Below are positions 38,356-51,919 of a stretch of DNA of 64,000 nucleotides, in pieces (the stretch's first letter is position 1; each line of letters opens with the position of its first letter). The notes below the pieces were generated by a model. It saw nothing but the letters and a program-made list of their open reading frames with translations, did not search any database and was not told the DNA's origin. A program made the position numbers and the translations under genes. Origin of the DNA: Macrostomum lignano (lineage: Eukaryota); the NCBI GenBank assembly GCA_002269645.1, contig NIVC01000386.1, positions 372,001 to 436,000 of the forward strand, given 5' to 3'.

Positions 38356-38651
38356 ATATCTGCGTCATAATTAACCCTATAGCATATTTTTCACCTCAAA
38401 GTCTGCAAAAGGCCTCTCTACGTGTCCTCACTGACTTCATAAAGTCGCAAAGCACAGGGCACTCTTTCGGGACAAAGTCCATCATTTATCAGGAAAGCTT
38501 CTTTTTGTGAATTTGAAATTATCTAAAATCTCACCAAGCTTTTAGACCAGAAAAATCCCTTTATCGCCCCGAGCTGCCCCTGCTCAATCATTATTAAGCT
38601 GGGGACAAAAAGTTTAACGAAAGCTGTGACTGAAAAACGGTGTGATAGACT

Positions 38652-39310
38652 ATGCCATTTGATTTTAGGGTGTGCCATTTGATTCGAGGGGTGTGCCATT
38701 TGATTTGAGGGGTGTGCCATTTGATTCGAGGGGTGTGCCATTTGATTTGAGGGGTGTGCCATTTGATTCGAGGGGTGTGCCCTTTGATTTGAGGTGTGTG
38801 CCATTTGATTCGAGGGGTGTGCCATTTGATTTGAGGGGTGTGCCATTTGATTTGAGGAGGGTCCCATTTGATTTGAGGGGTGTGCCATTTGATTCGAGGA
38901 GTGTGCCATTTGATTTGAGGGGTGTGCCATTTGATTTGAGGGGTGTGCCATTTGATTTGAGGAGGGTCCCATTTGATTTGAGGGGTGTGCCATTTGATTC
39001 GAGGGGTGTGCCGTTTGATTTGAGGGGTGTGCCATTTGATTTGAGGAGGGTCCCATTTGATTTGAGGGGTGTGCCATTTGATTTGAGGAGGGTCCCATTT
39101 GATTTGAGGGGTGTGCCATTTGATTTGAGGAGGGTCCCATTTGATTTGAGGGGTGTGCCATTTGATTTAAGAGGTGTGCCATTTGATTTGAGGAGGGTCC
39201 CATTTGATTTGAGGGGTGAGCCATTTGATTTGAGAGGTGTGCCATTTAATTTGAGGGGGCGCCATTTGATTTGAGGGGTGAGCCATTTGATTTGAGAGGT
39301 GTGCCATTTG
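38652..39310. repeat. 21-bp minisatellite GCCATTTGATTTGAGGGGTGT
   Basis: Direct reading. Confidence 0.96.
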
Positions 39311-40124
39311 ATCTGTTGGAGCGCCAAAAAAATGCAAGGGGCGCCATTTAATTTTGCCAGCCGGCTGGAGGGACAGCCCCCACTGCCCCCTGGCTACGTC
39401 TTCACTGAGCCTCATCTGCCTCATCAACAGTGTGACGGGGGCCCAGCCTCATCACCCAGCCAAGCCACCATGCGGAACAGACTGGAGGGGACTCAAAAAT
39501 CTCTCGAACTGAATTCTCCCGTGGGGATTCGCATGCGGCTGCAAATTCGCGAATCTGGGCGGCGCCATAGACAAAAATTAGCGCTCGGGTTCCCCTCTGC
39601 CCCCCCCCCCCTAAGCGATGACGCAACAGCAACCGGCTCGTTTGGGGCAGCCGACTATCCCCTCAATTTAGGGATTTTTATCCCAGCCGCATCGATTTTT
39701 ATCTGCGGCCCTCCGGCTTTCTCTCAATTCGCTTCAGAGATTCTTTTAAACGGCGTGATTTGGTCGGCAGCTCCCTGGCTGGGCCCTCGAGGCGGACAGA
39801 GCGTGCCGAGGACCGGAGAAAGCAGCGTCGGGCGTCGTGCCCAGCTGCCCGCCATTGTTCTCGTTCAGCCAGGCGGGGGGTGGGGGAGGCTGGTCGCCCA
39901 TTTCGGAAACTGAAAACTTTCATTTATGCAGAGCGCGTGGCGGAGAGAAAAAAGGCGGAACAGAAAGGTGGAGACTTGTTCGATGACTTTTTGGGCTCCC
40001 TCAGTTTGATTTGCCAACAGTTTAACTCGGCATTGAGTTAATGAGCTGCCGTCTGCTGCCGTCTGCTGCCGTCTGCTGTCGTCTGCTGCTTCTCAGTTCA
40101 GACGGACTGCCTTGCCTCCTGCTG

Positions 40125-41455
40125 CCCCCTCTCCTCCCACCTCTCCTCTCTCTCTCTTGCCTCTCTCCCTCTCTGCCCCCTCTCTTCTCTCACCTCCCCT
40201 CTCTCTCTCTTGCCTCTCTCCCTCTCTGCCCCCTCTCTTCTCTCACCTCCCCTCTCTCTCTCTTGCCTCTCTCCCTCTCTGCCCCCTCTCTTCTCTCACC
40301 TCCCCTCTCTCTCTCTTGCCTCTCTCCCTCTCTGCCCCCTCTCTTCTCTCACCTCCCCTCTCTCTCTCTTGCCTCTCTCCCTCTCTGCCCCCTCTCTTCT
40401 CTCACCTCCCCTCTCTCTCTCTCTCTTGCCTCTCTCCCTCTCTGCCCCTCTCTTCTCTCACCTCCCCTCTCTCTCTCTCTCTTGCCTCTCTCCCTCTCTG
40501 CCCCCTCTCTTCTCTCACCTCCCCTCTCTCTCTCTCTCTTGCCTCTCTCCCTCTCTGCCCCCTCTCTTCTCTCACCTCCCCTCTCTCTCTCTCTTGCCTC
40601 TCTCCCTCTCTGCCCCCTTTCTTCTCTCACCTCTCCTCTCTCTCTCTTGCCTCTCTCCCTCTCTGCCCCCTCTCTTCTCTCACCTCCCCTCTCTCTCTCT
40701 CTCTTGCCTCTCTCCCTCTCTGCCCCCTCTCTTCTCTCACCTCCCCTCTCTCTCTCTCTTGCCTCTCTCCCTCTCTGCCCCCTCTCTTCTCTCACCTCCC
40801 CTCTCTCTCTCTTGCCTCTCTCCCTCTCTGCCCCCTCTTTCTCTCACCTCCCCTCTCTCTCTCTTGCCTCTCTCCCTCTCTGCCCCCTCTCTTCTCTCAC
40901 CTCCCCTCTCTCTCTCTCTCTTGCCTCTCTCCCTCTCTGCCCCCTCTCTTCTCTCACCTCTCCTCTCTCTCTCTTGCCTCTCTCCCTCTCTGCCCCCTCT
41001 CTTCTCTCACCTCCCCTCTCTCTCTCTCTTGCCTCTCTCCCTCTCTGCCCCCTCTCTTCTCTCACCTCTCCTCTCTCTCTCTTGCCTCTCTCCCTCTCTG
41101 CCCCCTCTCTTCTCTCACCTCTCCTCTCTCTCTCTTGCCTCTCTCCCTCTCTGCCCTCTCTCCCCTCTCTCCGCTATCTCCCCCCTCTCTCCCCCTCTCC
41201 CTCTCCCCCCACTCTCCCCTCTCTTCCCCATCTCCCTCTCTCCCCTTTCTTCCCCTTTCCCTCTCTCCCCTCTCTCCGCTATCTCCCCCCTCTCTCCGCT
41301 CTCTCCCCTCACTCCCTCTCTCCCCTCTCTCCGCTCTCCCCTCTCTCCGCTCTCTTCACCCTCTCCCCTCTCTCCTCTCCTCCCTCTCTCCCCTCTTTCC
41401 CCATCTCCCTTCCTCCCCTCTCTCCCGTCTCTCCCCTCTCTTCCCTCTCTCCCAT
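40125..41455. repeat. CT-rich polypyrimidine minisatellite with variable (CT)n
   Basis: TTGCCTCTCTCCCTCTCTGCCCCCTCTCTTCTCTCACCTCCC(CT)n. Confidence 0.95.
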
Positions 41456-42741
41456 CTCTGGTCCAACTGGTTGCATATTAAAAGATATGAGAGCTTCATC
41501 ATGATATCATACTGAGAGCTGTCATATCGTCTGACCAAATGAATTGTCAAATCCAGTGCTCGCCAATCAAACTGCGCTGTCATTTCATGCTCGCTTAATC
41601 AGGCACCTCCCTGTCTTCCTATCTCCTATCTATCCATTATTTCCCAGCTCGAACCCCCAAGCCGTAATGCCTGGGACATTAGTCAGTTTATCGCAGGTGT
41701 GGTTATGAATTATAAATTGCAAGATGGCATTGACGGGGCCCTTCGAACCCAGCCTTCAGCAGCGAATATCCAGCTCTCAGGTTCGGGAATGCCAAACCTC
41801 CCCCACATTGCCGTCATGCTGTGCTGGCCCGGGGCAGACAAAGTTTTTTTTCACAAAATAATTTGGGGAAAAAGTTACCCGCCAACGACTTTATTTATCT
41901 CTTCCCTTGAAATCGTTGCGTGCCGCCGGCCTCGGGTAGGTGGGGAGCCTCTTTGTCACCCCCCCCCCAGTGAGTCACCGCACAGCAGCTGCTGCAGAGA
42001 GTTGAAAACAGCAAAAAACAACAAAAAACTTGTCCCCTCGCTTGTCGCGACGAATTCAATTGACGAAACCTTCCTGTGTTGGCACCTGCAGATGCGGTCT
42101 GGACTGGGAATCTAATCCCCAAATTTGATCTCCCAGCAAAGCGCCGCATGTTTGACAGGCCGTGAGAAGTCGGCCGCCACATCCGGCCTGGACTGCCGCC
42201 CACTTCAGCTCATTGTGACACAGCACTAGCAGCAATCACTTCGGCAAATATGATGGCATTGCTATGGTGGAAACGGCATGCCTGGTCAGTTAGGGCGAGC
42301 GGTCAGGCTGAGTGACATGAGGGGGGGGGCATCCCATCATCAGGCAGCGCCAAGCCCCCAGTTCCGAGGCGTCCTCTCGAGGACAAACGCGAAACCACTC
42401 TGGCAATCTCCCCGCTGCAGCACATCTCGATTCTCATTGGCTGCCTCTGTTGGCCAATCAGGCTTGGCTGATAGATTTTAAAAACTACAGTTATGGGATG
42501 GGAGACAGACAGACGGACTGAAAGGGACAGGCAGGGCGCTGAGAGGCCAGCAACTGCAGAGCATTCTCAATCCATCTGCTGCAAAATCCCCAAAGCGGTG
42601 AGTGGCTTTTCTTTAATTTTGCTTCTTTCTGTTCCAGAAGACGCAAATTTCCCCAAGGCCCTCTGCTGCTGCTGCTGCCAATGCAATTTTAATCAGGCAG
42701 GCAAGGCCCGGGAGTACCAGGTGGGCGAGACCGGTTGCGTG

Positions 42742-42970
42742 ACATCCGGGTAGTGAGCAGTGTACCTGAGCAGTGTGCTACATCCGGGTAGTGAGCAGTG
42801 TACCTGAGCAGTGTGCAACATCCGGGTAGTGAGCAGTGTACCTGAGCAGTGTGCTACATCCGGGTAGTGAGCAGTGTACCTGAGCAGTGTGCTACATCCG
42901 GGTAGTGAGCAGTGTACCTGAGCAGTGTGCTACATCTGGGTAGTGAGCAGTGTACTTGAGCAGTGTGCTC
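42742..42970. repeat. 38-bp repeat CATCCGGGTAGTGAGCAGTGTACCTGAGCAGTGTGCTA (~6 copies)
   Basis: Direct reading. Confidence 0.95.
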
Positions 42971-43479
42971 AGTTAATCACCTGAAGCTTTTCCCTAGAAC
43001 TCAATGGGAACTCGGAGGATTAACTCTGAGGCTGCGAACTGAACCATTAAAAAGTTGTAGGCGGAGAAATCTAGCGATTGAGAAGTCTAAAATGATGAAG
43101 AAGGATTCTGCGAATTCCCTTTCAACATGAGAGAAATCGAACTTGAAGGCCAATAATTCTGCCATCCATGCCAGCGCCATCGCCCAAACTTCCTGCTCCT
43201 CTCTCCCACTCCCGCATCTGGGAAAAGTTCTCATTATTGGGCCTGTCATGTTCCTCACACGCGGCTCGGAAAATGGGGGGCGACGGCAGGGCAGACCTGG
43301 GCTCTGGAGTGGCCCCCTGACATGCTGGCTCTGAAGGGGAATCGGGGCCTGGCTGGGAAATGTGCGAGAGTTGGAGGAGCAAGGGGAGTGAAAAGAGTAT
43401 GGGCGAGAGCAAGGTTGAAGAAGGCAAAGGGAGAAGGGAGGGACGGATAGAGATAAGGATAGAGACACAGAGAAAATGG

Positions 43480-44215
43480 CGAGAGACAGGGAAGATAGGG
43501 ACAGAGACAGGGAGAGAGACAGGGAGAGAGACAGGGAGAGAGACAGGGAGAGAGACAGGGAGAGAGACAGGGAGAGAGACAGGGAGAGATAGACAGGGAG
43601 AGATAGACAGGGAGAGATAGACAGGGAGAGAGACAGGGAGAGAGACAGGGAGAGAGACAGGGAGAGAGAGACAGGGAGAGAGATACAGGGAGAGAGAGAC
43701 AGGGAGAGAGAGACAGGGAGAGAGAGACAGGGAGAGAGACAGGGAGAGAGAGACAGGGAGAGAGACAGGGAGAGAGAGACAGGGAGAGAGAGACAGGGAG
43801 AGAGGCAGGGAGAGAGGCAGGGAGAGAGACAGGGAGAGAGGCAGGGAGAGAGACAGGGAGAGAGACAGGGAGAGAGGCAGGGAGAGAGGCAGGGAGAGAG
43901 ACAGGGAGAGAGGCAGGGAGAGACAGAGAGAAAAGCAGGGATAGGCAGGGAGAGAGACAGGGAGAGAGGCAGGGAGAGAGACAGGGAGAGAGGCAGGGAG
44001 AGACAGAGAGAAAAGCAGGAATAGGCAGGGAGAGAGACAGGGAGAGAGGCAGGGAGAGAGACAGGGAGAGAGGCAGGGAGAGACAGAGAGAAAAGCAGGG
44101 ATAGGCAGGGAGAGAGACAGGGAGAGAGGCAGGGAGAGGCAGGGAGAGAGACAGGGAGAGAGACAGGGAGAGAGGCAGGGAGAGAGGCAGGGAGAGACAG
44201 AGAGAAAAGCAGGGA
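43480..44215. repeat. GA-rich polypurine minisatellite, ~12-bp CAGGGAGAGAG(A/G)
   Basis: Direct reading. Confidence 0.95.
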
Positions 44216-47200
44216 GAGTGAGAACAGTGCCAATAAGAATCAGTTACACAACCTGAAAGAGAACTGAGCAGTGCCACAAAGCACACGCAGACACACAGAG
44301 GAATAAATGGCGCAGCACAGAGAACGCAGCGGGGCTATTGATGAGGAAGTTGTTTCACAGATGATGAGGCACCGCAGCGCGCAGTGGCAGGCAGCTCAGA
44401 GAGGAAGGAGGAGACTCAGTGAGGCGGAGCGGTAGTCATGAATGCCGGGCGCCATGAGAGCCGGCGGGCTGGGGGAATCTGTGGCCATCTGTATCTCTCG
44501 CTCACACAAGCGCGGTACAAGCAACACAAAAGAAGAAGTGCAGGCCCGGGCTGCGGCTACGCACGGGGACGCCGCCGCCGCTGCCTTCTCGCGGCTTGTT
44601 GGGAAGTTTGAGCTGCTGCGGGTGTTGCTGCTCCCCAGAGCTCTGGCAACCCCCCGTGCCAGCTGCAATGAGAGCCGCGCAGCTCTGCCCTTCTGCCCGT
44701 CTCTCCCTCTTTTGCTCTTTTTTACGGTTGCCGGGCGGCTTTCGCTGCAGCCCCCTCCGCCCCCCGAGGCGACGCGCCATTGATCTGGCGGTTTTGATCG
44801 AAGGCGCAGAAAGTCAGCCAGCAGCCCCGCTATCTCCCTCATCAATTATCGAATATCGATAAAGGTAGCAGCCGCTACCTGCCGTGTCAATTATAAAAAT
44901 CCCCAGACTTCTGCTCCCAGGAGAAGAGCTGGATGAGCTGGCTCTTCTTATCTGCAGGCCAGGGGGTGGGGTTATCATTATCCCATTGAGAAGGTGCCGG
45001 CAGTCCTGGGGTGCGACGTCCGGCTTTTTTTCTGGGAAGAGGGAGGGGAGTAGCAGCAGCAGGTCACGCGAGGCGGGATTCCAAAAAAAACTGCCTTAAA
45101 AATCCGGGCCAGTCAGAAGAAGAAATTGGTGACAATAGCGGTCTGTGCTCAGCAGTCATTGTGCTGCTCAAGTTGGTTGCGTGCGGCCCACTGTGGCAGG
45201 GGTCGGGGCTTGAAGAGCCTCCTTGAAGCTGCAGTCAGCCGGCTCTGATCCGCAAGAAGTTGACCGGCGTGTTTGTCGCACCTGTCAGTCATTAGCGCGC
45301 CCGCAAACAAAAGTTCTCGGTGTGGGGTTGCGGGGCGCAAAAAACACGCAAAGCCGGTGCGTGGAAATTGCTGAAGAAGCGGGCAGGCAGGCAGTGCAAT
45401 GAGGCTAATTAGCTTGTCACCTTTGCCCGCGTGAAAGCGCAGGGGGTTGAGGGCTTCATTAGCAGTTGGAAAAGCAAGGCTTCAATTAAGCAGAATTATT
45501 TTGACATCAAAATATTCGGGATATTTTAAGGGCTGTTTTTGCGCGAAAAATGCACTACGGAGATGGGAAAATAGAAATAATAGTAGATGACAAAAAAAAC
45601 CAACGAAAATGGCCTTTTATTTGGTTCCTCCTTTCCTACCTCTTAATTTATTTGTATTCACCAAAACTATAAAAAACTGTATGAGTCTCTTGCTTTTCGA
45701 AGCTTCACAGCAACTCAGGGCAGCGATAAGACTGGAGGCAGGTTGTACTAAAAATAAGCTGTCAATCTGCTTCCGGATCCCGATTTCCGCAGCGCATTTT
45801 TAGCATTTTTCTAAGAAAAGAACGAGGTTTCCCGATTTCTGCTTCAGTCGTCCTTGGAAGAAGGCAAGATTTCTTCCACTGTGTCCACCTGGACCTTTTC
45901 GGCCTTCAAAGCGATGCAAATGAAGGCTTCATCAGTGAGAGTTTTATGGGATCTTGAGAATGCGGTCGATTAGCCTGTAAGGCGAGTGACTCACCGGGCC
46001 TATCAATCAGACACGGGTCTGGCTGGCATCACCGGTTGCCAAGGCCGACCGTGCTGGCCAGGTTACAGATAGATACAGAACATGAAGTCTCAGGCGTATT
46101 TGCATTCATCTTTGAGCAGCTTGGATTACGCAACCGCTCCCTCCCACCCTCCCACCTCAGCGCCTGAAAAGGAGAACAGGGGCAAATCTTTAAAATATCC
46201 CCACGGCTCAAGCTGGGGAATTTATCCCAAAATCTTCATATTTCTTGACGGAAATGTTTCTTTTTAGGCTGGCATGGGAAAATGGGAAAATGCTTTCAGA
46301 TGTCAATCTGGGGCGCGAGACGGACAGGCCAGCGAGTTTGAGCAAATCCAATTCTGCCTGCTCAGGCGGGCCGGCATTGCGCGAACATTTGATGAGATTC
46401 TGCACTGTTTGGGCCGCAAAGATTGTCGCAAAAAATCCCTTTCCGATTCACAAATACTGCCTGGCTGATGAAGCTGCGCGGAGGCTGGACAATGCGGACC
46501 GGAGTGACTCACTTATCCCTCATCAAGTTCAGCCAGAGATTCTTCATGGGGATCGGGGAAGCGCGTGGGCGAAAAGGTGTTGCCTTGCTGCTCGAGCTCT
46601 AATCTGATGCAGGCGGGATGCTGGGCCGTCTGATTGCCATCTCCTGTCTGCACCCTTTGACCCCTCGGCCATGAAAACTGGGGATTTGGATCCGGGCCGA
46701 TCTCGAAGGGTCTCCACGGATCCGGGACTCGCGCGCTCATGGACGGAGGTGGCTCCCCTCAGCCCCGCTCACTTAATTAGTTTGCCCAGAGCTGGCTTAG
46801 CAACGAGCAGCGGGGGGGGGGCAAGGCGGGCTGGCTCCCCCCCGGCTATTGCGTAACTCCCCCGGCCAGGCCAGCTTTTGAAGCAAATCTGTTTTAATCG
46901 GCGCTGGAAAATGTTGCGAGATTGCAGCAGAATTTCTCTGCCTCGATTTTCAATGCGCAGCAGAGGCGGATGCAGCCCCCCAGCCTCCTCTGAGTCCCCC
47001 AGGTGTCACTCAGCCAGAGCAATGACTTCACAGCTCAGGTGACTTTGCTCTGCTGTCGCTATCTCTCGGCCAGGTGGTTAATGCCGCTCTGGATTAGAGG
47101 CTAATCCTCGCAATCAGGTGGTGTGCAGGTGGTCTCGAGCCGGTCGAATCGCGCGTGTGCTCTCCTCTGTTGATTGGGATAATTATTGCCAGATTATTGA

Positions 47201-47292
47201 AGCTTTGATGATGACGCGGCTTCTGGCTCGGAGTTCAAGCAGTTCAGTTTTTTGTAACAAGGGCTGCGGGCACTCGAAAGGCCTGAGCAGCC

Positions 47293-48078
47293 CTGACACC
47301 TCTGACAAAGTGTCTCCTCTGACACCCAAAATGTCTCCTCTGACACCCAAAGTCTCCTCTGACACCCAAAGTGTCTGCTTTGACACCCAAAATGTCTCCT
47401 CTGACACCCAAAGTCTCCTCTGACACCCAAAGTGTCTGCTTTGACACCCAAAATGTCTCCTCTGACACCCAAAATGTCTCCTCTGACGCCCAAAATTTCT
47501 GCTTTGACACCCAAAATGTCTGCTTTGACACCCAAAGTGTCTGCTTTGACACCCAAAGTGTCTTCACTGACACCCAAAGTGTCTTCTCTGACACCCAAAG
47601 TGTCTTCTCTGACACCCAAAGTGTCTTCTCTGACACCCAAAGTCTCCCCTGACACCCAAAATGTCTGCTTTGACACCCAAAGTGTCTGCTTTGACACCCA
47701 AAGTGTCTCCTCTGACACCCAAAGTGTCTCCCCTGACACCCAAAATCTCTCCTCTGACACCCAAAGTGTCTCCTCTGACACCCAAAGTGTCTCCTCTGAC
47801 ACCCAAAGTGTCTCCTCTGACACCCAAAGTGTCTCCTCTGACACCCAAAATGTCTGCTTTGACACCCAAAGTGTCTTCACCGACACCCAAAGTGTTTTCG
47901 CTGACACCCAAAGTGTCTTCTCTGACACCCAAAGTGTCTCCTCTGACACCCAAAGTGTCTTCACTGACACCCAAAGTGTCTCCTCTGACACACAAAGTGT
48001 CTTCACTGACACACAAAGTGTCTTCTCTGACACACAAAGTGTCTCCTCTGACACCCAAACTGTCTTTGCTGACACCCA
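47293..48078. repeat. 21-bp minisatellite CTGACACCCAAAGTGTCTCCT just upstream of exon N
   Basis: Direct reading. Confidence 0.96.
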
Positions 48079-48117
48079 ACTGCGCATTAAAAGTACAAGC
48101 CGCCTTCCGGTTCACAG

Positions 48118-48430
48118 CATCTCCAGACCCGTTGCCAGAAGAAGCTCGATCGCGAGGCCAACCCGCTTCACCGCATCGTCATCGTTGCCAGGGACTGCGG
48201 GGAGCCGCCGCTCAGCGCCAGCGTCACCGCCACCCTCAGCCTCATGGACGTCAACGACAACCCGCCCGAGTTCGAGCAGCCCAGCCCGACGGTCAACCTG
48301 TCCGAGGCCGTCCCGGTTGGTCACGTGATCACCCGGCTGCGAGCCACCAGCCGCGACACCGGCAGGAACGCCGAGATTCGGTATCGACTGCTGGACTCCG
48401 CCGGGCTGTTCAACCTGTCTGAGCTGACCG
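48118..48430 (+). CDS. FAT1-like: Fat-like exon N
   Basis: Frame open from 48091: KKLDRE...ARDCGEPPLS...LMDVNDNPPEF...ATSRDTGRNAEIRY; donor G|GTGAGT at 48431. Exact acceptor uncertain (48118, 48127 or 48139, all phase 0). Confidence 0.82.
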
Positions 48431-48844
48431 GTGAGTGACAGCTGGGGTGGGGATCAAGCGCGAGCTGGAGGGGGGAACTTGAGAGAAGAGTAGAAGAGAG
48501 AGAAGTAGAGGTGCTTAGATAGAGGCAGGGGGCTGTGTGCACCACCGGCGAGAGGCATTGCTGCCCATTCCGTCGACTCCCCTGAGCAGGCATACAAGCG
48601 CACGGGTTACGTACGCAGTCATACGCACAGGCACACACTCACACAGCGGCCCTAACTTTATTTATATCGTTAGGCATGTATACTTCACTGCGCCTTGGGG
48701 GTTGGCCCTTAAGGGTGTTAATTGCACGAGCAGAGCCAAGCCGAGATTCCAATTTAGCCCCAAATTAATGTGACTGCACTTGGAATCGAGCCCGGGCCGC
48801 TGGCACATCACAGAGCGCCGCACTGGACTATTAGGCTACGGCCC

Positions 48845-48980
48845 GAAGTAGAGATGAGAAGTAGAGATGAGAAGTAGAGATGAGAGAAGCAGAGATGAGA
48901 GAAGTAGAGATGAGGGAAGTAGAGATGAGGGAAGTAGAGATGAGAGAAGCAGAGATGAGGGAAGTAGAGATAAAGGAAGC
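48845..48980. repeat. 13/15-bp purine-rich repeat GAAGTAGAGATGA(GA)
   Basis: Direct reading. Confidence 0.9.
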
Positions 48981-49964
48981 AGGGCTGTAGAAGTGAGAGC
49001 CAGATTGCTTCAACCTTGTAAGCATGAACCCCAGTCGCTAAAATGGGGTTGGCGCTTCAACCTGCGCCAGACTGACAGCCGAAGACAAAAGACAGCAAAG
49101 ATTTCCACACATTCAGCCCTGACAAGCCAGAAGCACTTTTATAACAGCTCATAGAGTTGGGATGCGACCTGCGTGATCCGCTGGCTGTCTCCCGGTCGCT
49201 ACTTTCTGATCGATTGTCAGCGCGGGGGTTTTCCGCTGCAGTCCTCGCCAGTTGCTTTCGGATTTCCTGTTCGTTTAGAAAAAGAAGAGCCAGACAGAGT
49301 TTCAACAGAGTTCCAGGTCAAGAAGGGCTGACTGGCGTCTCCTCGGGGAGCTCCCGGCCCATCATTCACTGCCTGCGCGGGCCGAGATGTCAATCTCGCA
49401 GCATCCGCCTTGCCGCGGTCCCAGTTGGTCATCCCGGAGCTCCGAGTTATCGCAGCTGTGCCGGTTTGTTCAGACCCGCAGGAATTGATTAGCAGTTAAG
49501 AGGGGGAGGACGGCGAGGTGAGGAAAATGCCATCGGTTGTTGAACCAATTTTGGGTCATAAAAAATAGGGGAACTACCTGCTTTCTCGGCCTGTTGACAC
49601 CCGGGCGGCTGGGCCGAGGGCCGGTTGCCCCGAACAGCTCGCGAGAAAGTGCGTCCCGACCACGGCCGCTGGAAGTTGCCGAGTTTTGCTTCTGCTGGGG
49701 GTGGCAGTAGCTGGGATAAACAGCCAGCCGGTCCCCGGGGATTTTCTGGAAAGCAGCGGCTCTTCTTGCTGGCGCCTGTGCGCGTCCGCTGCCTTTTTGT
49801 AACGGTGGATTTTTTATTTATTGGAAGCTTTTTATTGTCCATTATCTGCACCGCAGTGGGGGTGGGGAACTCAGCCAGAGCAATTTGCGGTTCAGCACTT
49901 TGTTGGATTTTGCTCGCTTTTGATTCTATTCATTGCTTGCCTGCCGCGGATTCTGCTTCTGCTT

Positions 49965-50420
49965 CTACTCTCAGTGTCTACTCTCAGTGTCTACTCTCAG
50001 TGTCTGCTCTCAGTGTCTTCTCTCAGTTTCTACTCTCAGTTTCTACTCTCAGTGTCTGCTCTCAGTGTCTTCTCTCAGTGTCTACTCTCAGTGTCTACTC
50101 TCAGTGTCTGCTCTCAGTGTCTTCTCTCAGTGTCTACTCTCAGTGTCTACTCTCAGTGTCTACTCTCAGTGTCTACTCTTAATGTCTATTCTCAGTGTCT
50201 ACTCTCAGTGTCTACTCTTAATGTCTACTCTCAGTGTCTACTCTCAGTGTCTATACTCTCAGTGTCTACTCTCAGTGTCTACTCTCAGTGTCTGCTCTTA
50301 ATGTCTACTCTCAGTGTCTACTCTCAGGGTCTGCTCTTAATGTCTACTCTCAGTGTCTACTCTCAGTGTCTATACTCTCAGAGTCTACTCTCAGTGTCTA
50401 CTCTCAGTGTCTACTCTTAA
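49965..50420. repeat. 13-bp minisatellite GTCTACTCTCAGT
   Basis: Direct reading. Confidence 0.95.
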
Positions 50421-50827
50421 GCAATTATTTACTTCTTTAGCACCTGCATTTGCTAATTACTTTTCACCCGTCTTCAATCCATCTTAAAGTTCGCGGTTTT
50501 TCTCTCTCGAAAGAAGCATTCGCGAATAAAGGCAGTCGGGAGGCGGGAGCGCCAAGAAAGTTTTAGGCATAATTTTCCCCTATCATTTCGATGGAGAGCG
50601 GGGGACACCTGCTGTGCTCTCTGGGGCCGACACTGCCGTTGCCGGGACGTTGCTGGGGTCCGCAATCGGCGGGAATTCAGCAGCGAAGCGGCTGAAAGTC
50701 GGGCCACGTGTTGCTTCTGATAACAACTGAAAACTGCGGCTGTCTTAGCAGCTTTCCGGCCCGCTTGCAGCTCTTGGGGCTGAGAGATTCTGCGATTGGA
50801 TCTTTCTGGTGGCTGCCTGTCTGGTCC

Positions 50828-51016
<189 letters not shown>

Positions 51017-51707
51017 GCAGCCCTCGCTGCATAAGAAAAAGATAAGCAAACCGACACCCCTCTTGATTGCCGGCAGGGAAGAGGAAGGGCTGCAAAAAGC
51101 CTTCACCGTGGGGTACCAGCTTTTTCCTGAATAAGATTCTCGCCAGGCAGCCCGAATCCCAAATATTATTAAAAACTCGCTCTCTACTCTGCAAGAGTGT
51201 CGGGCGAGGCGAGGCAGCAGCCTCCCTTCACCAGCATCCCAGACTTCTCCATCATCGCCCAGCTGCCAGCTTCATCTTCTGTCTCCTGCGCCGCTCTGCT
51301 TGGCCGAAGCAGCAAAAGCAGCAGCACCTGCCAGCGAGCCGCGGGCAGCCACTTTAGCGGCCCACCCGGTCCCGCCTCCCCCCCCCTGACCAACTTGAAT
51401 GACAGATATGATCAACTGTGTTTGTCAGGTGGCCCGCGGAACTGGCAGCAGCAGCAGAGCCGGGAAAAGCCATTTCTATTCTGGCCGGATGAAAGAGGCA
51501 GAATTCTTTTTTCTCTACATTTTAGTTGCCATGCGAACTGACCCTCCCGACCCCTGGGCCTCATTGTCTGTCGCGAAACAGACCCTCCCCAGGGGAGGCG
51601 GGCGGGCGGCCCAGCAGATCTGCTAAGATCGCCTCCCGCCGGCTGTCCATCTTTCATTCTCGCCGTTTCGGCCTCCCTTTTCACCGTGCAGCTTTCAGGG
51701 GCGGCTG

Positions 51708-51912
51708 ATCATCGGGTGGGTCATGGGGTGGGTCATGGGGTGGGTCATGGGGTGAGTCATGGGGTGGGTCATGGGGTGGTCATGGGGTGGGTCATGGGGT
51801 GGGTCAACCGGTAAATCATGGGGTGGGTCATATGGTGGGTCATGGGGTGGGTCAACCGGTAAATCATGGGGTGGGTCATCGGGTGGGTCATCAGATGGGT
51901 CATCGGGTGGAT
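51708..51912. repeat. 12-bp G-rich repeat GGGGTGGGTCAT
   Basis: Direct reading. Confidence 0.92.
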
Positions 51913-51919
51913 CATTGGG

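Noticed and set aside
42159-42214. Phase 1/0 mini-exon candidate (G-REKSAATSGLDCRPLQLI) for the missing segment
   Set aside because: Weak acceptor and donor, too short, no Y/F/G cadherin pattern; kept only as a weak candidate.
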